From: an uncultured Acidobacteriota bacterium
GTDB lineage: Bacteria > Acidobacteriota > Thermoanaerobaculia > Thermoanaerobaculales > Sulfomarinibacteraceae
Length of the DNA: 64,000 bases
NCBI GenBank assembly: GCA_963823445.1
Contig: CAWGLT010000023.1
Coordinates: 151,018-215,017 of the forward strand
Direction of reading: 5' to 3'
Numbering within the stretch: position 1 is the first letter of the stretch; each line of letters begins with the position of its first letter. Shown here in pieces: positions 17,047 to 26,610 of the stretch. The notes beneath the pieces are model-generated. The model was given only the letters and a program-made list of their open reading frames with translations, was not told the origin of the DNA and did no database searches. Position numbers and translations under genes: made by a program.

Positions 17047-18759
17047 ATGACGCTCTTCTCGTCTTCCCGTCGTCTCGCGCTGTTCCTGGTACTCGTCGTC
17101 ATTGCGGGACCGCTCTCCGCGGCCTCGCCCGAACCGGCCCGGGGAACCGGAGGTGCGGTGGCGAGCGCCGCTCCAGCGGCCACCGAGGCCGGTTTGGAGA
17201 TTCTCCGGGCCGGCGGCAATGCCGTCGATGCGGCGGTGGCGACGGCCGTCGCTCTCGCGGTGGTCCACCCGCAGGCCGGCAATCTCGGCGGCGGCGGATT
17301 CGCGGTCGTGCGGATCGGCGGTGAGGTGACGGCCCTCGATTTTCGCGAGGCGGCCCCGGCCGCGGCCGACCACGACATGTACCTCGACGCCGAGGGCGAC
17401 CCGGTGGCCGACAAAAGCCTGGTCGGTCCGTTGGCGGCCGGCGTGCCCGGTTCGCCGGCGGGTCTGTGGGAGCTCCACCGGCGCCATGGTTCGCTCGATT
17501 GGGCGCGGGTGGTGGCTCCGGCCGCGCGACTGGCCGGCGAAGGATTCGTGGTGACCGAGCGGCTCGAGAGATCCGTGGCCAATGCCGCGAAGCTGCTCGG
17601 CCGATTCCCGGAAACCGCGGCGGTGTGGCTGCCCGGCGGCAATCCGCCGGTCGCGGGCTCCGTCATGAAGATCCCCGACCTCGCGGCGACCCTTCATGCC
17701 TATGCCGAGAAGGGCCCCGCAGCCATCACCGGCGGCGCCGTGGCGGCGGCCGTCGAAGCCGTTTCAGACCGGCACGGCGGCATTCTCACCGTGGCGGACC
17801 TCGAGGCCTATCGACCGGTGTGGCGCGAACCCGTTGCCTTTCAGGCCTTCGGATGGAACGTGGTCTCCATGCCGTTGCCGTCCTCCGGCGGAATCATCCT
17901 CGGCCAGACCACCGGTCTGCTCGAACGCGTCGAGTGGCGGCAGGCGCCCCGGTTCGGCGCCGAACGGGCTCGCCTGCTCGTCGAGGCCTGGCGCCGGGCC
18001 TACGCCGATCGCCTGCTGCTCGGCGATCCCTCCACGACCCGGGCCACCGCCGCCGATCTCCTCGAGAGGAACTGGCTCGATTCCAGGGCGCTCGAGCTTG
18101 ATTCGCCGCGGGCGATCCCATCGGCCGATGTCGGCTCATGGGGCGCCTCGAACCCACGTGAGTCCACTGAAACCACCCATCTCTCGGTGGCGGACGGCGC
18201 CGGCAACGTGGTCAGCATCACCACCACCCTCAACGGGAGCTTCGGCTGTGGCCTGCTCGTCCCGGGCGTCGGCTTTCTGCTCAACAACGAGATGGATGAT
18301 TTCGCCGTCGCGCCGGGCCGACCCAATTTCTACGGTCTGATCCAGGGGGAGGCCAACGCGGTGGGTCCGGGAAAGCGGATGCTGTCATCCATGTCGCCCG
18401 CCGTGGCCTGGCGCGGGACCGAAACGGTGGCTCTGGGCTCGCCCGGCGGATCGACGATCCCCACCGTGACCGCTCAGGTCCTCCTCAATGTCATCGTTGA
18501 CGGAGACGACATCCAGGCCGCCGTCAACCGGCCCAGGATCCACCACCAGTGGATGCCGGATGAGATCGCGGTCGAGCCCGATGCGTTCTCGCCGGAAACG
18601 GCGGCGGAGCTCGAGCGGCGCGGCTACCGACTCAAGGACCGGAGCCGTCTCGGCGAGGTGAACGCGGTACGGGCGACCGCGGGTGGCATGGTCGAAGCCG
18701 CCGCCGATCCGCGCGGACCGGGTTCGGCGGGGGTGGTCCGGCCCGCTCCGGGGTCGTGA
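17047..18759 (+). CDS. ggt: gamma-glutamyltransferase
   Basis: 570 aa with a signal peptide and the autoprocessing/catalytic Thr context ETTHLSVAD ... LNNEMDDF. Confidence 0.9.
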   Translation: MTLFSSSRRLALFLVLVVIAGPLSAASPEPARGTGGAVASAAPAATEAGLEILRAGGNAVDAAVATAVALAVVHPQAGNLGGGGFAVVRIGGEVTALDFREAAPAAADHDMYLDAEGDPVADKSLVGPLAAGVPGSPAGLWELHRRHGSLDWARVVAPAARLAGEGFVVTERLERSVANAAKLLGRFPETAAVWLPGGNPPVAGSVMKIPDLAATLHAYAEKGPAAITGGAVAAAVEAVSDRHGGILTVADLEAYRPVWREPVAFQAFGWNVVSMPLPSSGGIILGQTTGLLERVEWRQAPRFGAERARLLVEAWRRAYADRLLLGDPSTTRATAADLLERNWLDSRALELDSPRAIPSADVGSWGASNPRESTETTHLSVADGAGNVVSITTTLNGSFGCGLLVPGVGFLLNNEMDDFAVAPGRPNFYGLIQGEANAVGPGKRMLSSMSPAVAWRGTETVALGSPGGSTIPTVTAQVLLNVIVDGDDIQAAVNRPRIHHQWMPDEIAVEPDAFSPETAAELERRGYRLKDRSRLGEVNAVRATAGGMVEAAADPRGPGSAGVVRPAPGS

Positions 18760-19391
18760 TGCGGATCGTCGACGAGATCCGCGAGGAGCACCGTCTCATC
18801 GATCGGGTGACGGGCTCGTTGTTCTTTTGGGCCGATCGCGGTTGGGACCATCCCGACGCCGCCGCCGACCTCGACGACCTCATTCACTTTCTGCGGCTGT
18901 ATGTGCATGGATTTCACCATCAGCGGGAAGAGGTTCTCTTCCGAGCGCTGGTGGAACACGGCGAAGTACCGGGCCATCACGGCCCGCTCGCGATCCTCAC
19001 CGCCGAGCACGAGAGCGTGCCACAGGTTTTGGACCGGCTCGCGGAGGCGGGCGCCTGCGCCGAGTCGGTGTCGGTGGCGAGAACGCTTGCGGCGGAGATC
19101 TGGCAGCACCTGGACAAGGAGGAGACGGTTCTGCTGCCCGAGGCCGAACGCCGTCTCATCGACGGCGGGATCCGGGAGCTCGATGGGCCGCCGGCGTCGG
19201 ACGAGGTCGAGGCCGCGCGGGTGTTGGGGCTCGAGTTGGTTCGGAGGCTGCCGCCGAAGGACGACCCCCACCTCATCCGCGGCGACGGTTGCATCCCCTG
19301 CGCCGCCTTCGGCGACACCTGCCACGGAATCGAAACAGAATGGTGGAGCGACTGGGAGAGGGAACACTATCGGTCCCTCGACGAGGGGTAG
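18759..19391 (+). CDS. hemerythrin (HHE cation-binding) domain protein
   Basis: The ATG overlaps the ggt stop (TGATG); GTG 18756 is also possible. H/E-rich motifs EEHRLID, HHQREE, AEHESV, HLDKEE. Confidence 0.7.
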   Translation: MRIVDEIREEHRLIDRVTGSLFFWADRGWDHPDAAADLDDLIHFLRLYVHGFHHQREEVLFRALVEHGEVPGHHGPLAILTAEHESVPQVLDRLAEAGACAESVSVARTLAAEIWQHLDKEETVLLPEAERRLIDGGIRELDGPPASDEVEAARVLGLELVRRLPPKDDPHLIRGDGCIPCAAFGDTCHGIETEWWSDWEREHYRSLDEG

Positions 19392-19458
19392 GGGAATCGC
19401 TCGATTGACATCCCCTCGGCACCGGCCGACGCGTTCCCTGTCGATGCCCCTGCCGCTG

Positions 19459-19600
19459 CCCCCGACAGGCTGGAAGCCTGTCGCTACACAGCGGCCGTTC
19501 TTGATTGTGTAGCGACAGCCATCCTGGCTGTCGTCGGTGACGTGCCCGAACGCGGTCCCCTGCCGCTGCCGCTGCCGCTGACGCTGCGGCTGCCGCTGCC
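19459..19600 (+). repeat. REPIN-like triple-hairpin element with (GCTGCC)n tail, copy A2
   Basis: Hairpins at 19464-19482, 19483-19513 and 19514-19532. Nearly identical to A1 and A3. Confidence 0.9.
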
Positions 19601-19603
19601 GTC

Positions 19604-19659
19604 GGTCGCTGCCCCGGTCGCGCGGTCGCTGCCCCGGTCGCTGCCCCGGTCGCTGCCCC
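19604..19659 (+). repeat. 12-mer microsatellite (GGTCGCTGCCCC)n
   Basis: Four full units and one truncated unit between A2 and A3. Confidence 0.9.
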
Positions 19660-19797
19660 CGACAGGCTGGAAGCCTGTCGCTACACAGCGGCCGTTCTTG
19701 ATTGTGTAGCGACAGCCATCCTGGCTGTCGTCGGTGACGTGCCCGAACGCGGTACCCTGCCGCTGCCGCTGCTGCTGACGCTGCGGCTGCCGCTGCC
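19656..19797 (+). repeat. REPIN-like triple-hairpin element with (GCTGCC)n tail, copy A3
   Basis: Starts 197 bp after A2. Hairpins at 19661-19679 and 19711-19729 flank the central GCTACACA/TGTGTAGC hairpin. Confidence 0.9.
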
Positions 19798-19867
19798 CCT
19801 GCTTGCGCGCTGAATCGGAAACGGGTTCGGAGGCAATTGCGGGCGAGGTGGGCTACAGTACGGTGCC

Positions 19868-21559
19868 ATGAAGACACCCAACCTCATCACCCCAGTCCTC
19901 GCCGCCGTCATCGGCCTCGCCGCGTGCGGCGCCGGCCCCGAGCCGGCGGATCTCGTGATCACCGGCGGTCGCATCGTGACCCTGGATCCCCAGCGACCGG
20001 AGGTCGAGGCCGTGGCGGCGCGCGGCCAGAAGATCGTCGCTGCCGGAAGCGCCGCCGAGATGGCGAAGCTCATCGGCAGCGCGACCGAGGTCATCGATCT
20101 CGAGGGCGCCCTCGCGGTGCCGGGTTTCATCGAGGGCCACGGCCACTTCACCGGTTTGGGCCGATCGCGGATGATCCTCGATCTGACCCGGGTGGAGAGC
20201 TTTGACGAGATCGTCGAGATGGTGGCCGCGGCGGCGGCCGAGGCCGAACCGGGGGTCTGGATTCTCGGACGCGGCTGGCATCAGGAGAAGTGGAGCTCGA
20301 CCCCCGAGCCCCACGTCTCGGGTCTTCCGTATCACCACGATCTGAGCGAGGTCTCACCGGCCAATCCGGTGCTTCTCACCCACGCCAGCGGCCATGCTGC
20401 CATGGTCAACGAGGCCGCCATGGCTCTTGCCGGCATCGTTGACGAAACCCCCGATCCCGCCGGGGGTGAGATCGTCCGCGACGGCGACGGTCGCGCCATC
20501 GGCGTGCTGCGCGAGACCGCCGAAGATCTGGTGGCGGAGCATCTCGGGAGCGAACCGGACGCAGCCACCCTCCGCAGCGCCATCGATCTGGCGAGTCGGG
20601 AGTGTCTCGCCAAGGGGATCACTTCGTTTCAGGATGCCGGTTCCAGCTTCGCAACGGTCGAGGTGCTCAGGACCATGGCCGAGAACGGTGAGCTGGCCCT
20701 CCGGCTGTGGGTCATGCTCAGCGAGGACAACGAAAGCCTGGCGGCCGGACTGCCCGGATACCGGGTCCACCGGGCCGGCTCCGATTATCTGACGGTGGGC
20801 GGCATCAAGCGTTGGATCGACGGCGCCCTCGGGTCGCACGGCGCCTGGCTGCTCGAACCCTATGCCGATCTTCCCAGCAGCATCGGACTCAACATCGTCA
20901 CTCCGGAAGAGTTGCGCGAGACCGCTCGGCTCGCTCTCGAACACCACCTCCAGCTCTGTTCGCACGCCATCGGAGATCGAGCCAACCGCACAACCCTCGA
21001 TGTCTATGAAGAGGCCTATGAGCTGGTGCCCGAGCCCCGCGACCTGCGCTGGCGGATCGAACACGCCCAGCACCTCCACCCGGACGACATCGCGCGCTTC
21101 GCCGAGATCGGGGTGGTGGCGGCCATGCAGCCCATCCACTGCACCTCTGACGGGCCGTGGGTCCCGGTGCGGCTCGGTGAGGAACGTTCGCGGACCGGGG
21201 CCTATGTCTGGCGGGATCTTTTTTCCACGGGGGCGGTCATCGCCAGCGGCACCGATGTGCCGGTGGAACCCGTCGATCCGCTGCCGTCGTTCCACGCCGC
21301 CGTGACGCGTCAGATGGCGGACGGCACGGCGTTTTATCCCGAACAGGTCATGACCCGGACGGAAGCGCTCCATGCGCGGACCCTCGGCGCCGCCTACGCC
21401 GCCTTCGAGGAGGACATCAAGGGATCTCTCGAGATCGGCAAGCTGGCCGATGTGACGGTGTTCTCGAAAGACATCCTGGCGGTGCCGGCGGCCGAGATCC
21501 TCGAGGCCGAGGTGATCTACACCATCGTCGGCGGTGAGGTGAGATATCGCGCGAGATAG
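19868..21559 (+). CDS. amidohydrolase-family metallohydrolase (YtcJ-like)
   Basis: 563 aa with a lipoprotein-like signal (LAACG) and metal ligand motifs EGHGHF, SHAIGD, GTDVPVE. Confidence 0.8.
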   Translation: MKTPNLITPVLAAVIGLAACGAGPEPADLVITGGRIVTLDPQRPEVEAVAARGQKIVAAGSAAEMAKLIGSATEVIDLEGALAVPGFIEGHGHFTGLGRSRMILDLTRVESFDEIVEMVAAAAAEAEPGVWILGRGWHQEKWSSTPEPHVSGLPYHHDLSEVSPANPVLLTHASGHAAMVNEAAMALAGIVDETPDPAGGEIVRDGDGRAIGVLRETAEDLVAEHLGSEPDAATLRSAIDLASRECLAKGITSFQDAGSSFATVEVLRTMAENGELALRLWVMLSEDNESLAAGLPGYRVHRAGSDYLTVGGIKRWIDGALGSHGAWLLEPYADLPSSIGLNIVTPEELRETARLALEHHLQLCSHAIGDRANRTTLDVYEEAYELVPEPRDLRWRIEHAQHLHPDDIARFAEIGVVAAMQPIHCTSDGPWVPVRLGEERSRTGAYVWRDLFSTGAVIASGTDVPVEPVDPLPSFHAAVTRQMADGTAFYPEQVMTRTEALHARTLGAAYAAFEEDIKGSLEIGKLADVTVFSKDILAVPAAEILEAEVIYTIVGGEVRYRAR

Positions 21560-21580
21560 ATCACCGAACGATTGCGGGAG

Positions 21581-22177
21581 ATGAGTTACCCTCGGTTATC
21601 GGAAACCGGGAGTATGCAGGGCTACACCCACACATGCGCCGCCTGCGATGCGAAGCTCAAGATCCACGAGCGCTACGTGGGCCGGGTCCTGCACTGCCCG
21701 ACCTGCGGGATCGAGTTTCTCGCCGATCCCACCCTCGCCGATATCGACGACATCATCGATGAGCTTGTCCCGGACCGGGGGAGATCCATCCCGTGGTTGC
21801 CGGTGTCCGCGGGTCTGGCCCTTCTCGTCGTCGTGGTTCTGTGGCTCGGGACGGCCGATCGCGGTGGCCCGTTTTCGAAGTTCTTCAAGCCGGAACGAAA
21901 CCCGGGTCAGTTTGCCGCGCTCGCCATCGCGGGTCGGGATCGGGTTCCGGCGGCCATGGATCGCGAAACCGTGGTGTTCCTGGTCGCAGCCATCGAGGAC
22001 GACGACCCCGGGTCGATTGCAGCGCTGAGCGTCCAGGGCAAGATCATCGATGTCGTGTCCGGCACCAGGATCAAGGTCATCGAACGGGTCAGGAGCGACC
22101 GGTCAGCCCGGGTCCGGATTCTCGAAGGCGCGTGGACCGGCAGGGTGGTGTGGGTCCCCGAACTCGCCCTCGAGTGA
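21581..22177 (+). CDS. zinc-ribbon membrane protein, function unknown
   Basis: CAAC..x..CPTC zinc ribbon, one TM segment, and a C-terminal beta-rich domain. The start is ambiguous (TTG 21572, ATG 21581, ATG 21614). Confidence 0.5.
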   Translation: MSYPRLSETGSMQGYTHTCAACDAKLKIHERYVGRVLHCPTCGIEFLADPTLADIDDIIDELVPDRGRSIPWLPVSAGLALLVVVVLWLGTADRGGPFSKFFKPERNPGQFAALAIAGRDRVPAAMDRETVVFLVAAIEDDDPGSIAALSVQGKIIDVVSGTRIKVIERVRSDRSARVRILEGAWTGRVVWVPELALE

Positions 22178-22249
22178 GCCGACCGGACCCGTGCGGGTTG
22201 ATCCGGCGGAATCGCTCATCCCGGGTGGCGATGGACAGCACCCCCTCGC

Positions 22250-22405
22250 TTGCGTAGACTCGAGAGGACCGAATATGGGGAAGACGGTGCGAATCCGTCG
22301 CGGACCCGCCGCTGTGACCGGGGACGATGACCGGCAGAACCACTGCAATCGGTGATTGTGGGAAGGGCCGGTAGGTAGGACGATCCGGGAGCCAGAAGAC
22401 CCGCA
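22250..22405 (+). promoter_or_regulatory. cobalamin (B12) riboswitch
   Basis: GGGGAAGACGGTGCGAATCCGTCGCGGACCCGCCGCTGTGACCGGGGACGA ... CAGAACCACTG ... GGGAAGG ... GGGAGCCAGAAGACCCGC matches the conserved core and B12 box as I remember them. It lies directly upstream of a BtuF-like binding-protein gene. Confidence 0.8.
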
Positions 22406-22440
22406 GTTCGGCTTTGACGACCCTCGTGGATTGGGGTTTG

Positions 22441-23403
22441 ATGCTCAGATATCCAGGATGGAATACGGCATCCCGGAGGCCTCGAGGCTTCCGGTTTTTG
22501 TGTGTTGGAGCGATCTTGGACATTCGCCTTATTGCCTGGGTTCTCGCCATTGCCGTTCTGGTTGTCGCAACCTCGGCGTGTGGCGGGCATGGCGAACCCG
22601 CGACGGTGGATGTGCCGCGGCGGATCGTGGCCATGGCTCCGAGCCTCACGGAAACTCTCCTCGCCCTCGATCTCGGAGACCGGGTCGTCGGCGTGACCCG
22701 GTACTGCCCGAAGGTCGCCGGTGCGGTCAACGTGGGCGGCTACTTCGATCCGAGCTACGAGACCATCCTCTCGCTCGATCCCGATCTCGTGATCGTCATG
22801 CAGTCGCACGACGAGCTGCACCGGCGGCTCGGCGATCTCGGTCTCGACACCCTGAGGGTCGATCAGCACGACGTCGAGGGAATTCTGGTTTCGGTGGAAG
22901 CCATCGCGACGCGGTGTGGCGTCGAACGGCGCGGCCGCGACCTGGTTCTTGGCCTTCGGCAGGCGCTCGACAAGGTCGCGATGGCCGTCGCGGGGCTGCC
23001 TCGGCCGCGGGTGCTGGTCGTCGTCGGTCGCGAACCCGGAGGCGGCCGGATCGGCACCTTGTGGGCCGCCGCGGACGACACCTTCTACGATGACGTGATC
23101 GGTCTGTCCGGTGGCCTCAACGCGATTTCAAGCAGCGTGATCCGCTATCCCGAGTTGTCCCGCGAAGGGCTCATCGCGGTGGATCCCGATGTGATTCTCG
23201 ATGTCGTGGCCGATGGCGGGGTGCGGGGGGTCAGCGTGGACGCGGCCGCCGCAGACTGGCTGGAGCTCGAAGATCTGCGGGCGGTGCAGGACCACCGGGT
23301 CCACGTCCTGATGCAGGACTTCGTGGTGGTCCCCGGGCCGCGGATCGTCGACACGGTTCGAGCCTTTGCCGAGCGTCTTCATCCGGAGCTCCGATGGGAG
23401 TGA
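22441..23403 (+). CDS. ABC transporter periplasmic binding protein (BtuF / cluster A type)
   Basis: Signal/lipobox (VVATSACGG), RIVAMAPSLTETLLAL and GVTRYC motifs. The start is uncertain (TTG 22414, ATG 22441, TTG 22498). Confidence 0.75.
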   Translation: MLRYPGWNTASRRPRGFRFLCVGAILDIRLIAWVLAIAVLVVATSACGGHGEPATVDVPRRIVAMAPSLTETLLALDLGDRVVGVTRYCPKVAGAVNVGGYFDPSYETILSLDPDLVIVMQSHDELHRRLGDLGLDTLRVDQHDVEGILVSVEAIATRCGVERRGRDLVLGLRQALDKVAMAVAGLPRPRVLVVVGREPGGGRIGTLWAAADDTFYDDVIGLSGGLNAISSSVIRYPELSREGLIAVDPDVILDVVADGGVRGVSVDAAAADWLELEDLRAVQDHRVHVLMQDFVVVPGPRIVDTVRAFAERLHPELRWE

Positions 23404-24197
23404 CCGGGGGCCGGCCGCGGATCGAGATCCGTGATCTCGTCGTCCGTTTGGGGCAGAACGAGGTTCTCGGCGGTGTCGATCTCGATGTCGGCGGTGGCGA
23501 GTTGTTGGCCATCATCGGGCCCAACGGCGCGGGGAAATCGACCCTTCTTCGCGCCCTCGACGGGCTCGAGGAAGCGCAGCGTGGCCGGGTCGAGATCGAC
23601 GGCCGGGCGGTGAGCGGGTACCGGCGGCGGGACCTGGCGCGGGTGGTCAGCTTTGTTCCGCAAACCGATGTTCCCGCTGACGACTACACCGTGCGGGCCT
23701 TTGTCGAGATGGGTCGATACCCTCATCTCGCGACCTGGTCGGCGCTCACCGCCGAGGATCGGCGGGCGGTGGACGAGGCGCTCGACCTCACCGAAATCGG
23801 TCATCTGGCCTTTCGCCGGATGAAGACCCTCTCCGGCGGCGAGAGGCAGCGGGTGTGGATCGCGGCGGCGCTCGCCCAGGGCGGCACCATCCTCCTCCTC
23901 GACGAGCCGACGAGCTTTCTCGACTATCGACACCAGGTTCAGATCCTCGATCTCCTCGGCGGGCTCCACGCCGAGGGTGGTTACACGGTGGTCGCCGTGA
24001 CCCACGATCTCAACGGCCTCGTGGCGGATGCCGACTCGGTGCTCGCCCTGGTCGATGGCCGGGCCGAGTTTTCCGGGCCGCCGGAGGCGCTCTTTGACGC
24101 CGCGACCCTGGCGCGGATCTTCGGCAACGATTTTGTTCTCGTGGATGGCGGGCGGCGTGGTCTGCCCCTGGTCATGCCGGCGAGGAAAGGCTCGTGA
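23394..24197 (+). CDS. ABC transporter ATP-binding protein (BtuD/FecE-like)
   Basis: Walker A GPNGAGKST, signature LSGGERQR, Walker B ILLLDEP. Overlaps the upstream gene by 10 nt. Confidence 0.9.
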   Translation: MGVTGGRPRIEIRDLVVRLGQNEVLGGVDLDVGGGELLAIIGPNGAGKSTLLRALDGLEEAQRGRVEIDGRAVSGYRRRDLARVVSFVPQTDVPADDYTVRAFVEMGRYPHLATWSALTAEDRRAVDEALDLTEIGHLAFRRMKTLSGGERQRVWIAAALAQGGTILLLDEPTSFLDYRHQVQILDLLGGLHAEGGYTVVAVTHDLNGLVADADSVLALVDGRAEFSGPPEALFDAATLARIFGNDFVLVDGGRRGLPLVMPARKGS

Positions 24198-25168
24198 ACC
24201 GGCGCGTCGGTCTCGCGGTCCTGCTTGTCGGCGCAGGTGTGGTGTTGTTGACGGCGCCGTTGATCGGACCGGTCCCGTTGCCGTTTTCGGTCCTGACGAG
24301 TGCTTTCGACTCCGATCCGAGTTCGCGGATCTTCTGGCAGATCCGGGTGCCGCGGGTGTTGGCGGCGTTTCTCGGTGGGGCGGGACTCGCGGTGGGCGGA
24401 GCGGTCTTTCAGGCCGTTTTCCGGAATCCGCTGGCCACGCCCTACATTCTCGGTGTCGCCGCCGGCGCGTCATTCGGGGTGGCGGCGGTGGCGCGGATCG
24501 GTGCGGGGGTGGTCATCCTCGGTCTCGGTCTCCAGTCGTGGTCGGCCCTCGGCGGCGCCCTGCTCGCGGTCGGGGTGGTGTGGGCGGTGACACGGCTGCG
24601 ACCCGATGCTCCCACCTCGACTCTTCTCCTCGCCGGCGTCTCGCTCAATTTCTTTTTCTCGAGTCTGATCCTCTTCCTCCAGTACACGGCCTCATTTGCC
24701 GACGCCTATCGGGTCCTGCGCTGGCTCATGGGCGGTCTCGGCGGGGTCGACGCCTCGGCGGTTGTGCAGATGACGCCGTTCGTCGTTCTCGGAATGGCGG
24801 TTATCTTCGCCTTCGGGCGCGAGCTCGATCTTCTCGCCACCGGCTCCGAGATCGCGGCCAGCCGCGGCGTGGCCGTGGCGAGGACGCGAACGACGCTCTT
24901 CCTGGCGACCTCGGTGATGGTGGGGGGAGTGGTGGCGGCGTGCGGTCCCATCGGCTTTGTCGGGATGATGTCGCCCCATATCTGCCGCCTCCTGCTCGGC
25001 CCCGGGCACCGGCTGCTGCTGCCGTCGTCGGCGGTCTTCGGCGGCGCTTTCCTGGTGCTCTGCGATGTCGCCGCGAGGACCATCGTCGCCCCCGCCGAGC
25101 TCCCGGTCGGGGTCATCACGGCGTTTCTCGGCGCGCCGTTCTTTCTCTGGCTGCTGTTGCGGAAATAG
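24194..25168 (+). CDS. FecCD/BtuC-family ABC permease
   Basis: 324 aa, multi-TM. The GTG start overlaps the ATPase stop. Typical RxPRxL and C-terminal GAPFFLWLL motifs. Confidence 0.85.
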   Translation: MNRRVGLAVLLVGAGVVLLTAPLIGPVPLPFSVLTSAFDSDPSSRIFWQIRVPRVLAAFLGGAGLAVGGAVFQAVFRNPLATPYILGVAAGASFGVAAVARIGAGVVILGLGLQSWSALGGALLAVGVVWAVTRLRPDAPTSTLLLAGVSLNFFFSSLILFLQYTASFADAYRVLRWLMGGLGGVDASAVVQMTPFVVLGMAVIFAFGRELDLLATGSEIAASRGVAVARTRTTLFLATSVMVGGVVAACGPIGFVGMMSPHICRLLLGPGHRLLLPSSAVFGGAFLVLCDVAARTIVAPAELPVGVITAFLGAPFFLWLLLRK

Positions 25169-25205
25169 GTGCGGAGTCCCCTCGTCAGTCGAGGCGATGG
25201 GAGCG

Positions 25206-25245
25206 GTGCCAGGCACCTTTTCGCGGCGAAAAGAGAGCCAGGCAC
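25206..25245 (-). repeat. GTGCCTGGC-flanked hairpin element, copy F1 (inverted)
   Basis: The reverse complement reads GTGCCTGGCTCT CTTTTCG-ccg-CGAAAAG GTGCCTGGCAC. Confidence 0.85.
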
Positions 25246-25272
25246 CGGGCCCGCGTGCTGTCGAGGGGCTCC

Positions 25273-26484
25273 CTACTCGCCCGCCTCGTTCTCCGGGAAG
25301 TGCTCGACGACAACATCGAGATGATCGGTGAGCTCTTTGAGCTCGCGGGTCAGGGCGCGGCCGATGACGAGCCGCTGGACCTGGTTGGTGCCCTCGTAGA
25401 TCTGGGTGATCTTGGCGTCCCGCATGTACTTCTCGATGGGGTAATCCCTGCAGTAACCGTAACCGCCGAAGAGCTGCACTGCGTCGGTGGTGACCCTCAT
25501 GGCGGTGTCGGTGGCGAAGACCTTGCCCATGGCGGCGATCTTGTTGACGTTGGCGGCGCCCGAGTCGATGACCCGCGCCGAGTGGTAGACGAGTTGCCGG
25601 GCGGCCTCGATCTGGGTCGCCATGTCGGCGAGCATGAACTGGATTGCCTGGTGCGACATGACCGTTTGACCGAACTGCTTGCGCTCCGAGGTGTAGCGCA
25701 TGGCCCATTCGAAGGCGCCCTGGGCGAGTCCGAGGGCCTGGGCGGCGACCCCCGGGCGCGCCCGGTCGAGGGTCATCATGGCGTTCTTGAAGCCGACGTT
25801 CTCCTTGTCGCCCATGAGCTGTGACGCCGGAACCCGGCAGTCGGTGAACTCGAGCTCGTTGACCGGGACGGTGCGGATGCCCATGGTGTCTTCGCGCTTG
25901 CCGACGGTGAAGCCCGGAGTGTCCTTTTCGACGATGAAGGCCGAAATCCCACGCATGCCGCGGGCGGGGTCGGTGAGGGCGTAGACGGTGAAGGTCGAGG
26001 CGACCCCGCCGTTGGTGTTCCACTTTTTCTGGCCGTTGAGGACGTAGTCATCGCCGTCCTTGATCGCGGTCGTGCGCAGGCTGCCCGCGTCGGAACCCGA
26101 AGGCTTCTCGGAGAGACCGAAGGCGATGAGGGCATCGCCGGCGGCGATGGGCGGGAGGTATTTCTGCTTCTGCTCCTCGGTGCCTCCGATGATGATGGGG
26201 AAGGACCCCAGGGCATTGACGGCGAAGGCGACGCCGACGCCGCCGCACGCGCGGGACAGCTGCTCGACGATGAGACAGAGGTTGAGTACGCCGGCGTCCT
26301 TGCCGCCGTACTCCTCGGGGATCCAGGCTCCGGTGAGCCCGTAGGACTTGAGGGCCTCGAGGATCTCCCAACCATACTCGCCGGTGCGGTCGAGCTCGGC
26401 GGCGACCGGGCGGACGTACTTTTCGGCCACTTCGCGGGCGCGTTCCTGATAGTCGAGGTTTTCTTTGCTCAGCAGCTCGTTCAT
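25273..26484 (-). CDS. acyl-CoA dehydrogenase
   Basis: 404 aa starting at MNELLSK (ATG 26484, GGAGGAGG SD). ACAD motifs (GLSEKPSGSDAGS, QLFGGYGY, IYEGTNQVQ). Confidence 0.9.
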   Translation of the reverse strand: MNELLSKENLDYQERAREVAEKYVRPVAAELDRTGEYGWEILEALKSYGLTGAWIPEEYGGKDAGVLNLCLIVEQLSRACGGVGVAFAVNALGSFPIIIGGTEEQKQKYLPPIAAGDALIAFGLSEKPSGSDAGSLRTTAIKDGDDYVLNGQKKWNTNGGVASTFTVYALTDPARGMRGISAFIVEKDTPGFTVGKREDTMGIRTVPVNELEFTDCRVPASQLMGDKENVGFKNAMMTLDRARPGVAAQALGLAQGAFEWAMRYTSERKQFGQTVMSHQAIQFMLADMATQIEAARQLVYHSARVIDSGAANVNKIAAMGKVFATDTAMRVTTDAVQLFGGYGYCRDYPIEKYMRDAKITQIYEGTNQVQRLVIGRALTRELKELTDHLDVVVEHFPENEAGE

Positions 26485-26610
26485 GGTTGCCTCCTCCGCG
26501 TCGGATGCCCGCCATTCTCGCACATCATCCCGCGTCCGCGTCGGTTTCCGTGCCCATGCCCGATGTCTCAGCGGCAGCGGCAACCAGCGGCAACAACCAG
26601 CGACCGATAC

